From: Octopus vulgaris | Lineage: Eukaryota | Reading direction: 5' to 3' | DNA length: 64,000 nt | Assembly: GCA_951406725.2 (NCBI GenBank) | Contig: OX597815.1 | Span: 81,964,001 to 82,028,000 of the forward strand | Part shown: in pieces, positions 28,087 through 42,452 of the stretch | Position numbering within the stretch: position 1 is the first letter of the stretch | How the letters are laid out: every line of letters starts with the position of its first letter | Translations under genes and position numbers: made by a program | Notes under the pieces: model-generated | Seen by the model: the letters and a program-made list of their open reading frames with translations, nothing else | What the model was told of the DNA's origin: nothing | Database searches by the model: none

Positions 28087-29312
28087 AATATATATGTAAA
28101 ACTTCTGCAACCTAGGTTTAACCGAGTAGTATCACATAATCAAATGCACCTATACCTAATAAGCAAGCAACAAACAAAAATGAAAACCAACCCTCCATCT
28201 CGCATAGTCTTCAAGAAAATTTTTTTAAACATTATCCGGCAAGTACAATTTTTGCATTGTAGATATATTATTTTAAAGAAACATGACAATACAGAGTTAG
28301 AAGCTGTTAGCACAATCCAATCCCAGTTTATTTAGCATTAAACAGAAATTAAATCAAATATTCAATAGCTGAAACTTTAGTTTATTGGAAAATTATATTT
28401 AGGTTCCTTGAAAATAATAATAAAAATCACCCGAACGAATTAGTCGACGATTGCCTAATCTAAGACACAAAATAGCGAAAGAAATCTTTTATCATCAAAT
28501 CTAGCTTCACATTGATATCATATGGAAACAAAACAAACATATGAATTCATAAATACGCATACTTCAAATTCAGAATTGTGTTATTGAAGGAAAATTTCCC
28601 GGTGAGAGATGTTATGTGTTTCAGCACATTTTGTACGGCGATATTTGAACCGATGTATAAACTTCACTCTCTGTCAAGGTTTTATTTTGGTCGATTAATT
28701 ATATCGTTCCCGGCAGCTTATCTGGCATTTATTGGATCAATCTCGAGAGAAACGGAAGGTTACTCATGTTTGGCGTTAGAGAGAATAACTTTCCAGGACC
28801 ATGTATGACGGTTTCAAATTTTAGCACAAGGCCTGCAATTTTAGGGAGAGAGGATTGGTCGGTTACATCGATCCCCACCCCGTGACCAGCTGGTAATTAT
28901 TTTATCGATCACGAGGATGAATTCAGAAAGTAGTGAGTTGAAAGAAATGCTGCTAAGCATTTTATCCGATTGCCATTTCTGCCAGGTCACCGATTATTGG
29001 ACTACCAATAATGAACGGTATTTCTGCTTGATGTACCGTTTTTGTTCACTAAAGGCGTGGGTATATGTATGTGTGTGTGAGTGTATGTGTATGTGTCTGT
29101 ATGTACATATGCATGTATGTTTGTGTATTCATGTGTGCGTGTGTGTGTGTGTGTTTATACTTATGGACGCATATATACTCGATGGGCTTCCTCACAACTT
29201 AAACCTACTTAAGACTATCTTCAAGTTGTCATGTAGGACCAAAAACAGATTGACGTGGTTTTGCCAAGCGAACTTCTTAAGTACACAGGCAATATGAAAA
29301 AGAAAAAATTAA

Positions 29313-29712
29313 GGCGTATCTGTGTAGTAAGAAGCATGCTACTCAACCATATGGTTCCGGGTTCAGTCCCACCGCGTGGCACCTTGGGCAAGTGTCTTCT
29401 ACTGTAGCCTAGGTCTGACCAAAGCTTTGGGAGTGGTTTTGGTAGACGAAAACTGAAAGAAGGCCGTCTTATATATATCTCTATACATTGATGTGTGTGT
29501 GTGTGTCATTGTGTTTGTGTTTGTATCCCCATCATCGCTTGACAACCGGTGCTGGTGTATTTATGTCCCCGTAACAGCAGTTCGGTGCAATAGACCGATA
29601 GATTAAGTACTAGGCTTAAGAAATAAGACTTGGGGTCGATTTGTTCGACTAAATTCCTTCAAGGCGGTGCTCCACAATGGATGCAGTCAAATAACTGAAA
29701 CAAGTAAAATAA
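29313..29712 (+). mobile_element. tRNA-derived CORE-like SINE (family B)
   Basis: ggttcagtccc B-box-like, ccttgggcaagtgtcttctact core, internal microsatellite, tail gactaa..ccttcaaggcggtgctcc..actgaaacaagtaaaa. Confidence 0.85.
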
Positions 29713-30035
29713 TAAAAGTAAATAAAAGTTTGGCTTTACAAACCAGAGAAAAAGCACGCAGATCCTCTCTCGAACCTGTTTCTGATATAGTACTCAACGT
29801 GCGCTTCACCTCTTTCAAGACGTTTGATGTATTTTGAAATCAGTTTAACTTCTATAACTAACAAGTTCAGATGACCACGCAGAGAAGCAGAGGCTGGCTT
29901 CTTGCTGTCATCTTATTTCTAAATATATTTATAACAAGTAGAGGTGGTGCGTAGGTAACAGTTTAACACCCGGTAAAGAAGCGAAAATGAGGTTGTCAAA
30001 CGGCGATGGGACAAACGGAAATTCAAACACAAGCA

Positions 30036-30212
30036 TATACGTATATACGACGGGATTCAACATAGTCTCCGTATACCAAATTCACTCACAAGTCATTGGT
30101 CGGCCCGGAGCTATAGTTGAAGACACTTGTTCCATATACCATGCAGTGAGACTGAACCTAAAACAACGTGGTTGCGAAACGAGTTTCTTAACCACACAGT
30201 CATGCTTGCACC
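30036..30212 (-). mobile_element. SINE family B, 5' half
   Basis: Reverse complement of the head/core of the 29313 copy. Confidence 0.7.
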
Positions 30213-30661
30213 TATACGCTCGATATTTCTTCAAAGCACTCAATATTGAATGTTGTTGGGGTGGCGGGTAGACTGCAAAGACAAGCTCTGCGAGATTTTG
30301 AAACCAGAACGTTAAAAAGTAACCGCTGATATTGATTTAATAAAAGGTTAAACCCGATTGAATAAGCCTCTTATCAAAAGCATTCCTTCTGTCTCAACTC
30401 ATCGTTTAACCTTTTGCCCGTCCTATATATTTTCATAGGTCTTGTCTTTAACGTCCACGCTTGTTTTCAGACTTTGTTTGTCTTTTGTTTCACAGGTTCT
30501 GGGTAACATAAAGCTTCGCTTTCATAAGTCTCAAGTTACTCTGGTGGTTGAAAAAATGGGTGGTAATATCTCTCATATACAATTCATGGACGCAGAGGAA
30601 ATATGACCTGTGTATTACATATGATACACAGCTCAGGCAAAAGGTTAATATGTATCTAGAC

Positions 30662-31008
30662 CAGTGGTGCTCAAAAAGGGGCCATATGGCCTCTAGGGGT
30701 CTATATAAGATTTTTAGGATCCTCGCAACAAAATAGTAAATTGGAGATCGACAATCGTATTCTAAGAGCCCCTAAGACCATTTTACTTTACATCTATGTA
30801 TTGGTATGTGCTGCAAGAAACAGCTGGGTTTCTTTCTCTAACATTTTACATAGTTTAACCTATACAAGTAAATGTATGAAAAACAAAATAGGGATATTGA
30901 AAGAAGTTTCTATAAAACTGGTTTTTAAACATCGAATGGCTCTGGGGAGTCCACCAGAATAAAATAGTAATCAAGAGGGCCCAACACATAAGAAAATGTG
31001 AACCCCTG
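30662..31008. mobile_element. hAT (Charlie-like) non-autonomous element
   Basis: Ends cagtggtgctcaa / tgtgaacccctg; 8-bp flanks atctagac vs acctatac (6/8), near the NTCTAGAN target. Confidence 0.65.
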
Positions 31009-31544
31009 ACCTATACATTATAAAAAATATCCTTCCGAAATCTTTATATTCAAAAAAGGAATATTGAGATGTTCACTGAGGGAGAATTGGTTGCTATTTC
31101 TATCATATCGAACGAGCAGATAGAGGCTACGTCGCTGGCTTGGTTGAGTGGCATATAAGACCAAATTGTGTAAAAGAGTGAGAAAGATTTCAATTTGATA
31201 TTCTATTGCAGGTCTTTTATAAACTCAACGCTTATATCTCTCCATTGGAATGGATTTGTGTAAGAATTTAGTTATTCATGTAGTATAAATTAATGGCTGC
31301 ATGTATGTCTGCAGTGTGTGTATGTGTGTGTGTGCATGTATGCTTATGGATGTGCTTGTGTGTGTATTCCTATAGATTTATATGTGTAATGCAGAGTGTG
31401 TGCGCGTATGTGTTTGTGTAGGTTGGTCTAAGAGAGTGTTTATGTACGTGTAGGTGTGTGTGTGGTTGGAGCTGGGTGTTTTTGTGTGTGTATATAGATG
31501 GTTCTAGTCACGGTAATATGAAGACATTTGCAAACTGTCGCGGC

Positions 31545-31585
<41 letters not shown>

Positions 31586-31586
31586 C

Positions 31587-31617
<31 letters not shown>

Positions 31618-32059
31618 ACAGCAGTAGCAGCTGCAACGGTGATACTGGTGTTTATATTAATATTGTACTTATTGGTCTGAAGATGGAAATATGATGAACA
31701 TGATGATGATGATGATGAAACGGTGGTGTTGTTGTTGGTGATGCTGATGACGATACATAAATCCGGAATTATGTATGCATTATGCAAGACATTTTATGTT
31801 ACAGCACTCTGTGGACGTACTTGTTATTTTTATAGTTCTTGTTGCTGCTGCTGTCGGTACTTGTGTTCATTGATACTGTTGATGATGATGATAATGTTGT
31901 TGTTGTTGTTGATCTTAATGTTGTTGTTGTTCATGCTTGCTTTGCTACTTTAAAATTATACATTTCACCAAACATTTTAATTCAAAAAGTTCTGAGAGTG
32001 TTATGTTTCCGTTTCACATTCAGTTAGACATATAAACATAAACACCAGCATCCATGATT

Positions 32060-32083
32060 GCATACGTGTATGTGTGTGTATGT

Positions 32084-32141
<58 letters not shown>

Positions 32142-32175
32142 TGTGTGCATGGTTATGTATTTGTGTAGGCATCAA

Positions 32176-32225
<50 letters not shown>

Positions 32226-32263
32226 GTGTGTGTGTTTGTATACACACACATTTATATATATGC

Positions 32264-32320
<57 letters not shown>

Positions 32321-32366
32321 TATATATATATATATTCCTACATACATATATATATATATATACACC

Positions 32367-32414
<48 letters not shown>

Positions 32415-32781
32415 TATATGCCTACATACATATGTATATATATATATATACACACATATATATATATACACACACACATATATATATATTCATAAATATA
32501 TATGTATATATATATATATATATATATTACTAGAGATATAGATAGATATATAAATATACATATATATACTGATATATATGTATCTATCTATATATGTGTG
32601 TGTGTATGTGTGTGTCAGTATGTATGTATATATGTGTGCATGTACATGTATATGCATATATATATATATATGTATGTATGTATATATGTGTGTATGTACA
32701 TGTATATGCATATCTGGAAATGTATATATGTGTATGTATGTGAATTTAGATATACATACTTTAAATATCACACATACACAC

Positions 32782-32812
<31 letters not shown>

Positions 32813-32970
32813 CGTATATATGTATGTGTTTATATACGTGAACACAAACATACGCACACATATGCGCACATACACACGCACATACACGAACTCTCGCACA
32901 CACTCTGTCTCACACACACTCTCTCTCACACACTCTCTCACACACACAAAATATGAGAGTATGTGTGTGG

Positions 32971-33000
<30 letters not shown>
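32060..33000. repeat. Long compound TA/TG/CA microsatellite
   Basis: Directly visible. Confidence 0.95.
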
Positions 33001-33001
<1 letters not shown>

Positions 33002-33459
33002 GCTATGTTGGTTTTGCATAGGAACATATGCGCAGGCGCGTGTATCTGTGTGTCTATTGTTAGTTGTTTACAATTTTAATTACATATTCATAACTTCCAG
33101 GAATTTACCGTGACCGTTGTCGGTTACATTCTTCTCTGCATGCTGTTGCATTCGCTTCGATGCTAAATCTACCTGCATGCTAATTATGTACTGTATCGTC
33201 CAAACGGTGAAGCTACCGCAATTGTTGTTGCTGTTGTTATTTTTTGTCGTTGTTGTTGTTATTGCTATCGTCTGTGGCAGCGGCGGTGGTGGTGGTGGTG
33301 GTGGTGATTGTGTTGTAGGTCGAGCTATTCTTCTTCCGATTGTTGTTGCTAAGTGTTCTTGCAGTTGTAGGATTTGTTGCTATTCCTTGCGTTAGATCTA
33401 GTTTATTTTTGAGCTTTTGTTTCACGCTTATTGTTGCTGTAGTTGCTATTGCAATTGCT

Positions 33460-33700
33460 GTTATTATTATTATTATTATCATCATCATCATCATTATCAT
33501 CATCATCATTATTGTCATCATTATCATCATTATTATCATCATCATCATCATTATTATTATCATCATTATTATTAATTATCATTATCATCATTATTATCAT
33601 TATTATTATCAACATCACTATTATTAATTATCATTATCAACATCATTATTATTAATTATCATTATTATTATTATTATTATTATCAACATCATTATTATTA

Positions 33701-33756
<56 letters not shown>

Positions 33757-33766
33757 CATTATTATT
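33460..33766. repeat. (TAT/CAT)n array
   Basis: Directly visible. Confidence 0.95.
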
Positions 33767-33768
33767 AA

Positions 33769-33984
33769 GGCGGCGAGCTGGCAGTATCAGTAGCACGCCG
33801 AGCAAAATGCTCAACAGTATTTCATCCATCTTTACGGTCTGAGTTGAAAATTCCGCCGAGGGCGACTTTGCCTTTCATCCTTTCGGGATCGATAAATTAC
33901 AGCACCAGTAAAATACTGGGGTCGATGTAATCCATTTAGTCTCTCCCCTCAAATTTCAGGCCTTGTGCCTTTAGTAGAAAGGAT
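33769..33984 (+). mobile_element. SINE family A monomer
   Basis: ggcggcgagctggcag head plus family A core. Confidence 0.9.
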
Positions 33985-34533
33985 TATTATAGCTGTTTTT
34001 GTTGTTTAGTTCTTCATTACGCGTGATTGTGTAGATAATACGATCAAGAGGTATTCTATCCGAGAGCATCCTGTGTTACTTACATAAGGAGTGCATTTAT
34101 ATGATCACATATCACATTCGTTTAAGTCTTTAGATGACCGAGGGATAATTTGGCTACGATATTTGGAAGGTTGTTCGACCACATAAAGGCTCCTTCGTTA
34201 GCTCTCGGGGTGTGTGTTTTGTAGCAGTTATTGAGCCTCAAATTTAGTAGACGTATGATGAAAAGCATTCTTGATTCTTTATTGCCCACAATGGGCTAAA
34301 CATAGAGGGGACAAATAAGAACAGACAAAGGGATTAAGTCAATTACATCGACCCCAGTGCGTAATTTATCAACCCCGAAAGGATGAAAGGCAAAGTCGAC
34401 AAAGCATTCTACCCGTAACCATCACGTGAACGCTTTTGTGAACTCGTGATTTCCGGTTTCTATTTAGCTCTATATGATCTAATATGTCCAATTGTGTTTT
34501 TGGCTGTAATCATGACTACGATTAAGAAGGTAA

Positions 34534-34752
34534 AGGCGGCGAGCTGGCAGAATCATTAAGCACGCCGGGTGAAATGCTTAGCTGTATTTCATCTGCCGCC
34601 ACGTTCTGAGTTCAAATCCCGCCGAGGTTGACATTACATTTCATCCTTTCGGGGTCGATAAATCAAGTACCAGTCAAGTGCTGGGTTCGATGTAATAGAA
34701 TGTCCCCTTCCCCCACATAATCCAGGCCTTGTGCCTATTGTAGAAAGGGATT
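34534..34752 (+). mobile_element. SINE family A monomer
   Basis: Same head and core; a partial minus-strand copy lies at 34275-34400. Confidence 0.9.
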
Positions 34753-35165
34753 AAGAAGGTGGCTTATTAACGCTGAATTCAATCACACAGGTCGACAAAA
34801 TGTGTTGTGAGTAGAATTTAATTGAGTGAAGCTTGTGGAAGCTCGGCTGATGGTGCAGTTCCTGTTTTTGGATTATGATTGAGCCCTAGGTCCAGTTTAA
34901 CAAAGACATGTAGCATCTTGCTCAGGTTCCTTGGTGTTCACACTATTCTAAGCATTGAGATCTAGTCTGGGAACTGAGAATAGATTCCTTCCTTCCACTA
35001 ACAAGGACCATGGGCGTTTCCCATTTTTCTCTGTGTAAGCCATTAAAATACGCACGCACACACACATAGACACACAGAGGTACATACACACATACCCACG
35101 CTCATACACACACACACACACGCGAGATCGCGCGCGCGTTTATCTAGGAATATGGAATCCAATAA

Positions 35166-35760
35166 GGTAGCGAGCTGGCAGAAACGTTAGCACGCCAGGT
35201 GAAATACTTAACGGTATCTCGTCTGCTGTTACGTTGTGAGTTCAAATTTCGCCGAGTTCGACTTTGCCTTTCATCCTTTCGGGGTCTATAAATTAAGTAC
35301 TAGTTACGCACTGGGGTCGATATAATCGACTTAATCCGTTTGTCTGTCCTTGTTTGTCCTCTCTGTGTTTAGCCTCTTGTGGGTAGTAAAGGAATAGGTA
35401 TTTCGTCTGCCGTTACGTTCTGAGTTCAAATTCCGCCGAGGTCGACTTTGCCTTTCATCCTTTCGGGGTTGATTAAATTAAGTACCAGTTACGCACTGGG
35501 GTCGATATAATCGACTTAATCCATTTGTCTGTCCTTGTTTGTCCTCTCTGTGTTTAGCCTCTTGTGGGTAGTAAAGGAATAGGTACTTCGTCTGCCGTTA
35601 CGTTCTGAGTTCAAGTTCCGCCGAGGTCGACTTTGCCTTTCAAACTTTCGGGGTCGATTAAATAAGTACCAGTTACGCACTGGGGTCAATGTAATCGACT
35701 TAATCCCATTGTCCTTGTTTGTTCCCTCTATGTTTAACCCCCTGTGGGCAATAAAGAGAT
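35166..35760 (+). mobile_element. SINE family A trimer
   Basis: One head followed by three ~187-bp body repeats (tcgtctgc at ~35219, 35403 and 35588). Confidence 0.95.
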
Positions 35761-36349
35761 TAATATGGGATCCAATGTGTTTATCCTTTTAAAAGCTATA
35801 GTGTAATGCGAGGAACATGTAGCTACTATTTCTAACATTCTTAGGAACAACGTAGAGAATTGTTGGCTCATTATCGTTCTCATAATCGCACCAGTTACTG
35901 TTTTTTTTATTGTTGTTGTTGTTGTTGCGAATAATTATTACAGCTGCTATTGTCATCATCATCGTCATCGTCGTTAGGGCTGTCGTCTTTTATTCTCCAA
36001 TTTTGTTGTATTTTATATTTTTGCGCTGCTCTCGTTTTAGTTGATGTTTATTTGTTGTTGTTGTTGTTGCTGTTGTTATTACAGTTGTTCTTCCTGTCAC
36101 TAATTGTTTTAGTTACTATTATAATACGCCCTTGTTGTTGTTGTTGTTGTTGTTGTTCTTATCTTTGTTAATTTTACTGTTGTTCTTTCTGTCACTGATA
36201 TGCATGTTGGTGCTATACTTCTGCCATCATTGCTGCATCTCTGATTTTGTTGCTGCTCTTCCTCCTGATCCTGCAGTTCCTGCTACATTTATCGTAACAA
36301 CCAACTCCCCTGATGTTGCTGCTTCTGCAACTACTACTACTACTGCTGC

Positions 36350-36915
36350 TGTTGAGTGAGAGAGAAACGCATGACATCAGTGACACTGGGATAAAATATA
36401 CGAAGCCCAATATACCCATCATGACTACCCGTCTGATAAAAGTACACCAGGCACATGCATCACAACCATATGTGCGCGACATGTTGATCTCATATCAAGA
36501 TAAACAGTGCATGACCCTGCAGGCGGGGGCTCAGTTAGAATTTTATTCAGGTCGAGTAGCCCATTCCGCTCAAAAGGTCCCTGAATAAAGGTTGTTTAAA
36601 GATGTTGAACAAAACACCCAAGTTTCGAAACGTGATGTATCGAAGCCCCAAAGAAATCCTTTCAACACATAGCTATGATGCACCCTCCCCCACTACGTCT
36701 GCTCGGGATCAGAGATGCACATATCATTAGCCACTAAGGGACATGCTCAAATGGTTACGGTCAAGCAACTGACAAGCAAATCCGTGGTGTTGAGCAGAAT
36801 ATTTGCTGTAGCCCATCTTTTATAACCAAGACAAAACAATGTACATGATAACACTTCCAATCAGTTAAGACAAGAAGCCATGAAAGCCACTGCCTCGTAC
36901 TGCATTAGGGCATCT
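36350..36915. mobile_element. Probable non-coding interspersed element bounded by triplet microsatellites
   Basis: ~565 bp of GC-richer unique sequence between CTA/CTG and (TAT)n tracts; no recognisable ORF. Confidence 0.35.
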
Positions 36916-36916
36916 A

Positions 36917-36972
<56 letters not shown>

Positions 36973-36990
36973 ATTATTATTATAAATTAC

Positions 36991-37047
<57 letters not shown>

Positions 37048-37131
37048 CATCATCATCATCATAAATTGCCATTATTATTATTATTATAAATTACTATTAT
37101 TATTATTATTATTATTATTATTATGAATTAC

Positions 37132-37162
<31 letters not shown>

Positions 37163-37195
37163 AATTACTATTAATATTATTATTATAAATTACTA

Positions 37196-37244
<49 letters not shown>

Positions 37245-37527
37245 CATAAATTACTATTATTATTATTATTATTATTATTACTACTACTATTCTCATTATT
37301 ATTACTATTATTATTATTATTATTATTATTATCAGTATTATTACTATTATTATTATTATTATTATTATTATTACTTCTACTACTATTATTATTATTATTA
37401 CTATTATTATTATTACTATCATCATAAATTACTATTACTATTATTATTATTATTATCATCATAAATTACTATTACTATTATTATTATTACTATTATTATT
37501 ATTATTATAATTATCATCATAAATTAC

Positions 37528-37561
<34 letters not shown>

Positions 37562-37576
37562 AATTACTATTATTAT

Positions 37577-37611
<35 letters not shown>

Positions 37612-37976
37612 TTATCATTATTATTACTATTATTATTATTATCATTATTATAACTATTATTATTATTATTACTATTATTATTATTATTATCATAAATTAC
37701 TATTATTATTATTATGAATTACTATTATTATTATTATTATATTATTATTATTATTATTATTATTATTACTACTACTACTACTATTATCATTATTATTACT
37801 ATTATTATTATTATCATTACTATTATTATTATTATTATCATTACTATAACTATTATTATTATTATTACTATTATTATTACTACTACAACTATTATTACTA
37901 TTATTATTACTATTATTATTATTATTACTATTATTATTATTATTATTACTATTATTATTATTATTACTATTATTAC

Positions 37977-38028
<52 letters not shown>
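36916..38028. repeat. ~1.1-kb (TAT)n array with recurring ataaattac/cat variants
   Basis: Directly visible. Confidence 0.95.
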
Positions 38029-38029
38029 G

Positions 38030-38365
38030 TCTTTGCACAGCTTCTAACGCTGGAGATGTAACACGGTACCAGCTGTTCACTACCAGTAAGCTAATGTAAC
38101 ACCTCATATTTTTCGAGCACCATCCGGAGTATTTCAGCGGTTCCAAGCAGTGTTGTTTTCTGCAAGTGCTCCACATTTATTGCAGTCCCTATTTGTTCCA
38201 TTTACTTCTCTGTTCCCAGGGCTCCGAAAGTTACTGATACTACTAACCCCTTTTTCATCGACCACAACTGCTTAACCTCCCAAGCTAACCTGCCATATCT
38301 ATCGACTTTTCTTTCTTCCTTATCGCATACCTTGTCATCTGAGCAAGTTATATCTATGATCCGGC
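38030..38365 (-). mobile_element. RLE non-LTR 3' end (R4/Dong-like)
   Basis: IIDITCSDDKVCDKEERKVDRYGRLAWEVKQLWSMKK..FGALGT..VEHLQKTTLLGTAEILRMVLEK, then 3' UTR into (TAA)n. Confidence 0.85.
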
Positions 38366-38376
38366 GTTTACTTTTC

Positions 38377-38430
<54 letters not shown>

Positions 38431-38449
38431 CATTATTATTATTATAACT

Positions 38450-39100
38450 CAGTTTTTCTTGGAAGTACCGGAGTATTGCACGCTTAACGGGTTTACTGCC
38501 TGCAGCCTACAGTATCATGTTATCTGTTCTGTTCACCTAATACTTTCCCGATGATTCTGGCTGTGAAAAGGAGGCAAACTTTTTGTAACAGCACTTCTGG
38601 AGACTATTCCCATTTCCCTTATATTCCTCTTGATGCCTTCTGATACTGTCCCCAAGGACTCAACAATAATTAGCGTTATCTTCACCTTCATTTTCCACTG
38701 TCGAGCTATCTCGTATTTCAGAGAATTGTTCACGTTTATTTTTTCACCTTCTTTCTTCACTATTCGTGGGACAATGGGACATGCAACATCAATTATAAAG
38801 CGCACATAGTTCATCTTGTCCACCAGCACTAAGTTCAGCTTGTTGCGCCCAAGCATCTGGTCTGTTTCGATTGGAAAATCCTACAGAATTTTGCAAGTCT
38901 CCGCCATCGTGTCACCACAACTTATAATGCTTTTGGGCAAGTCAATGGCATTCCTTCACGATATAAGGAATGGTTTTGTCAAATCTATCACAGATTTGGT
39001 ACAGTGGAGACACTCAATCACTAAGGTTGATCCCCTAATTTGTGGTCAAGGGTTGGTCTTGTGCTGCCGGTATGGGGCTCTCAGCCGCTTTTTTCAGTGT
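38450..39100 (-). mobile_element. RLE non-LTR 3' fragment
   Basis: ORF 38533-38856: NKLNLVLVDK..IIDVACP..KKEGEKI..YEIARQWKMK..IIVESLG; bounded by (TAA)n. Confidence 0.85.
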
Positions 39101-39118
39101 TCCTTATTATTATTATTA

Positions 39119-39174
<56 letters not shown>

Positions 39175-39175
<1 letters not shown>

Positions 39176-39467
39176 GTTTGACTTTTGCTTTATATTTGTA
39201 CAAGTTGGCTCCAAGTCTCACTCAGAAACCTCAAGAGACAACAGGTTGGAAGTTCACGTTTTTGTTATGCATAGAGTGCCATATATTTTTTGTTTTTTTT
39301 TTTGTTTTTTTTTGGTGCTGAACAACTGAATGTCTAAAAAAATGTTTGTTTTAAACCTTGAGATTACATAGAAAGTATTTTGCATAGGATATGAGCAGTT
39401 CCCATGAGCACTATCTTTTGAATTTCTGCCATTTTGGGGATTTCCTGGTATCTGAGTTAGGTAGCAA

Positions 39468-39470
<3 letters not shown>
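39175..39470 (-). mobile_element. RLE non-LTR extreme 3' end plus UTR
   Basis: YLTQIPGNP then, after a frameshift, MAEIQKIVLMGTAHILCKILSM; bounded by (TAA)n. Confidence 0.7.
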
Positions 39471-39541
<71 letters not shown>

Positions 39542-39564
39542 CATTATTATCATTATTATTATTT

Positions 39565-39870
39565 GATGAAAACTCACAACCTGTTTTGCTGGGTATGATG
39601 GAAAGTGTCAGCTATCCACAGACAACAGACTAAGGTGACACTTGTTTACTAGTCATGCTTCAAGAACCCTGAAAAGAATTCTTGCAGTTCCAAGCAATGC
39701 TGATTTTTGTAGGTGTTCTACTTTCACACTTGCACCAATCTTTTTCAGCCATGCTGGTAGTTGAGTGCTGATACTTCCAAGTACACCAATTACTATTGGT
39801 ATCACATCAACTCTCCCCGTTGACCACAACCTTCGTATTTCCCACTTCAAATCGTCATAGTTGTTTATTC
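39565..39870 (-). mobile_element. RLE non-LTR 3' end
   Basis: NNYDDLKWEIRRLWSTGRVDVIPIVIGVLGSIS..KVEHLQKSALLGTARILFRVLEA*. Confidence 0.88.
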
Positions 39871-39907
39871 TTCTTCTTATTATTATTGTTGTAAATATTA
39901 TCAAAAA

Positions 39908-40325
39908 GGCGGCGAGCTGGCAGAATCGTTAGCACACTGGGCGAAATACTTAGTGGTATTTCGTCTGCCGTTACGTTCTGAGTTCAAATTCTGCCGAGGT
40001 CGACTTGCCTTTCATCCTTTCGGGGTCGATAAATTAAGTACCAGTTATGCACTGGGGTCGATGTAATCGACTTAACCCCTTTATCTGTCCTTGTTTGTCC
40101 CTTCTATGTTTAGCCCCTTGTGGGCAATAAAGAAATAAGAATTGTTAGTAGAATTGGACAAAATGCGGCATTTCGTCCGTTTCAATGTTCTGAGATCAAC
40201 TTCTGCCGAAGTCGACTTTACGTTTCATCCTTTCGGGGTCGATAAAATAAGAACCAGCTGAGTATTGAAATCGATGTAATCGACCCACAAAATTTCTAAC
40301 TTTGTGCCGACCATATAAAGGATTA
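39908..40325 (+). mobile_element. SINE family A dimer
   Basis: Head plus two cores. Confidence 0.88.
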
Positions 40326-41254
40326 TCATTATTATTATTATTATTGTTGATGTTGTTATTATTATTGCAATTGTTATTATTATCATTATTATAATCTTCA
40401 TTATTCATCCTACAACCATTCGAATTCCTGTGTCTCTTGATGTTTCTTCCTGTATTTATTTTTGCTGCTGTTGCACTAATTTCTTTTGCAGCTTTTGCTG
40501 TTGTATTCATTGCAGTACTTTATAATTGTTGATTTTTACTGCTCATATATAGCATTGTTCTTATCTTTGTTTCAAATTGCCATTGTTATTGTTGTTGTTG
40601 ATATAGTGTTTTTTTAATTATAATTATGGTTGTAGTTATTATTCTTATTTTTATTGCAGCTGCTGCTGCTGCTGCTGTTTCTGCTGCTGCTGCTGTTATT
40701 TCTCATATCAGTTTTAAATTGATAAAACAATACTAGATGCATTTGCAAATTCTTTTGATGAATAACAACGATAAAATATTTAAATATAAAAACAACAACA
40801 ACAACAAACATTATTAAACAATAACAACATAACAAAACAAAATACAATCATCACAAAAGGAAATACAACAACAATAACAATACCACTACTACTACTAATA
40901 ATATCAAAGCAAAGAAAAACAAAAGGATGCAGGAACAAAGATGGCTGACATTCATTTTTCGTAATCAAAATGGAGATTTAAGCTATTGTTATTTTTCACC
41001 ATATTAATGATGTAGATGGAAGAAGCACTCTGCAAAACTGCCGCTGCTTTTAGTCAGCGAGAAAGCTTTTATTTATTTATTTACTTATAATTTATTTACT
41101 AATTTATTTATTTATTTGTGTGTTTGCTTATTAATGAAGAATCCCATTACTCATTGTGAGTATATTAAATATTCTACGAAATGTTATAGCGGAGCGAATT
41201 CGTATTTGAAATTGTTCATTCAGTATAAATTTCAAGCACTGCATCACATCTCTC

Positions 41255-41307
<53 letters not shown>

Positions 41308-42394
41308 TCTCTCTCTCTCTCATATTTCATCTCTCTCTCTCCCTAAATTTTTCCAGACATATTAACGTTAGAGGTTGTTAGTAAATGAACAGATCTGTCA
41401 TATATGAATGTGAATCCATGCGTGTGGTTAGTATGTATGTGATTGTGTACGTGTGTATGTATATGTGCATAAGATGTATTCTGTGTGTGTGTGTGTGTAT
41501 TCGCATATCTATATACACTCTTTTATATACACATAGATGTATACATACGCACGTGTGTTTGTATGTAAGTATATATATATATATGTATGTGTATATATAT
41601 ATATACATATATATATTTATACATATGCACACACATATGTGTGTGTTTCGTGTCTAAGTGCAGAAAATTATGTAATATGATAGAGTGTATGAATTGAATG
41701 TTTATGAGAGTATATTTTAGTCTTACACTAAAACAGTTTCGCGAATATAACCCCTAGAGAGAACATACCAGGCTAACAACCGAATGATTGCGTTTCCTAC
41801 TTAGTTGTGGCTGCCGCTTCATCACATTTTCCTTACGTTCAGCAACCTCTACTTGCTCAACTTGAGCAAGAGCAAGTAGCTCTCTCTTTCTGTACATATA
41901 TGTATATATATATATACACATACATACATACATACAAAACTATGGTATATACTCTACCACAATATGTATGGACATATATATTTATATATGTGTATAAATA
42001 TGCGCCAAACTCCGTACGGGTACCAAATAGGACTATAGAACCAAAACAAACCATGGAAAAGCAGCAAATGTAAACATCACTGAAGAATATTTTTATTCTA
42101 GTAAGAAAAGCCTGTATGCAGCATCTCATCCGATAAGACAATATATATACAAAATACGATATACTTACATATACGAACGTATACATACATATATATGCAC
42201 GTATGCACACGACCAGTTTAAGTTGCCCACCTAAAACTCCTCGTGCGATATGATCAAAAATATCCTCGCAGTGAATCTAATGACGAAATAAATATATAAA
42301 TTTATACAAATAAGGTTAAGATCGTTATTTAAATATCGAACTTATCAAGTATTCGTATGTTGTATATATATATTTGTATTTATGTGCTGTGTAT

Positions 42395-42452
42395 ATTCCA
42401 CTGATGAGGCAAAGCATTTCTTATGCAAAGTCAGAAATCCGGGATCTGGAAT
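42395..42452 (+). ncRNA. Type I hammerhead ribozyme candidate
   Basis: AUUCCA-CUGAUGA-GGC-aaa-GCAU-uucuu-AUGC-aaa-GUC-a-GAAA-UCCGGGA-UC-UGGAAU; perfect 6-bp stem I, AUC triplet. Confidence 0.8.
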
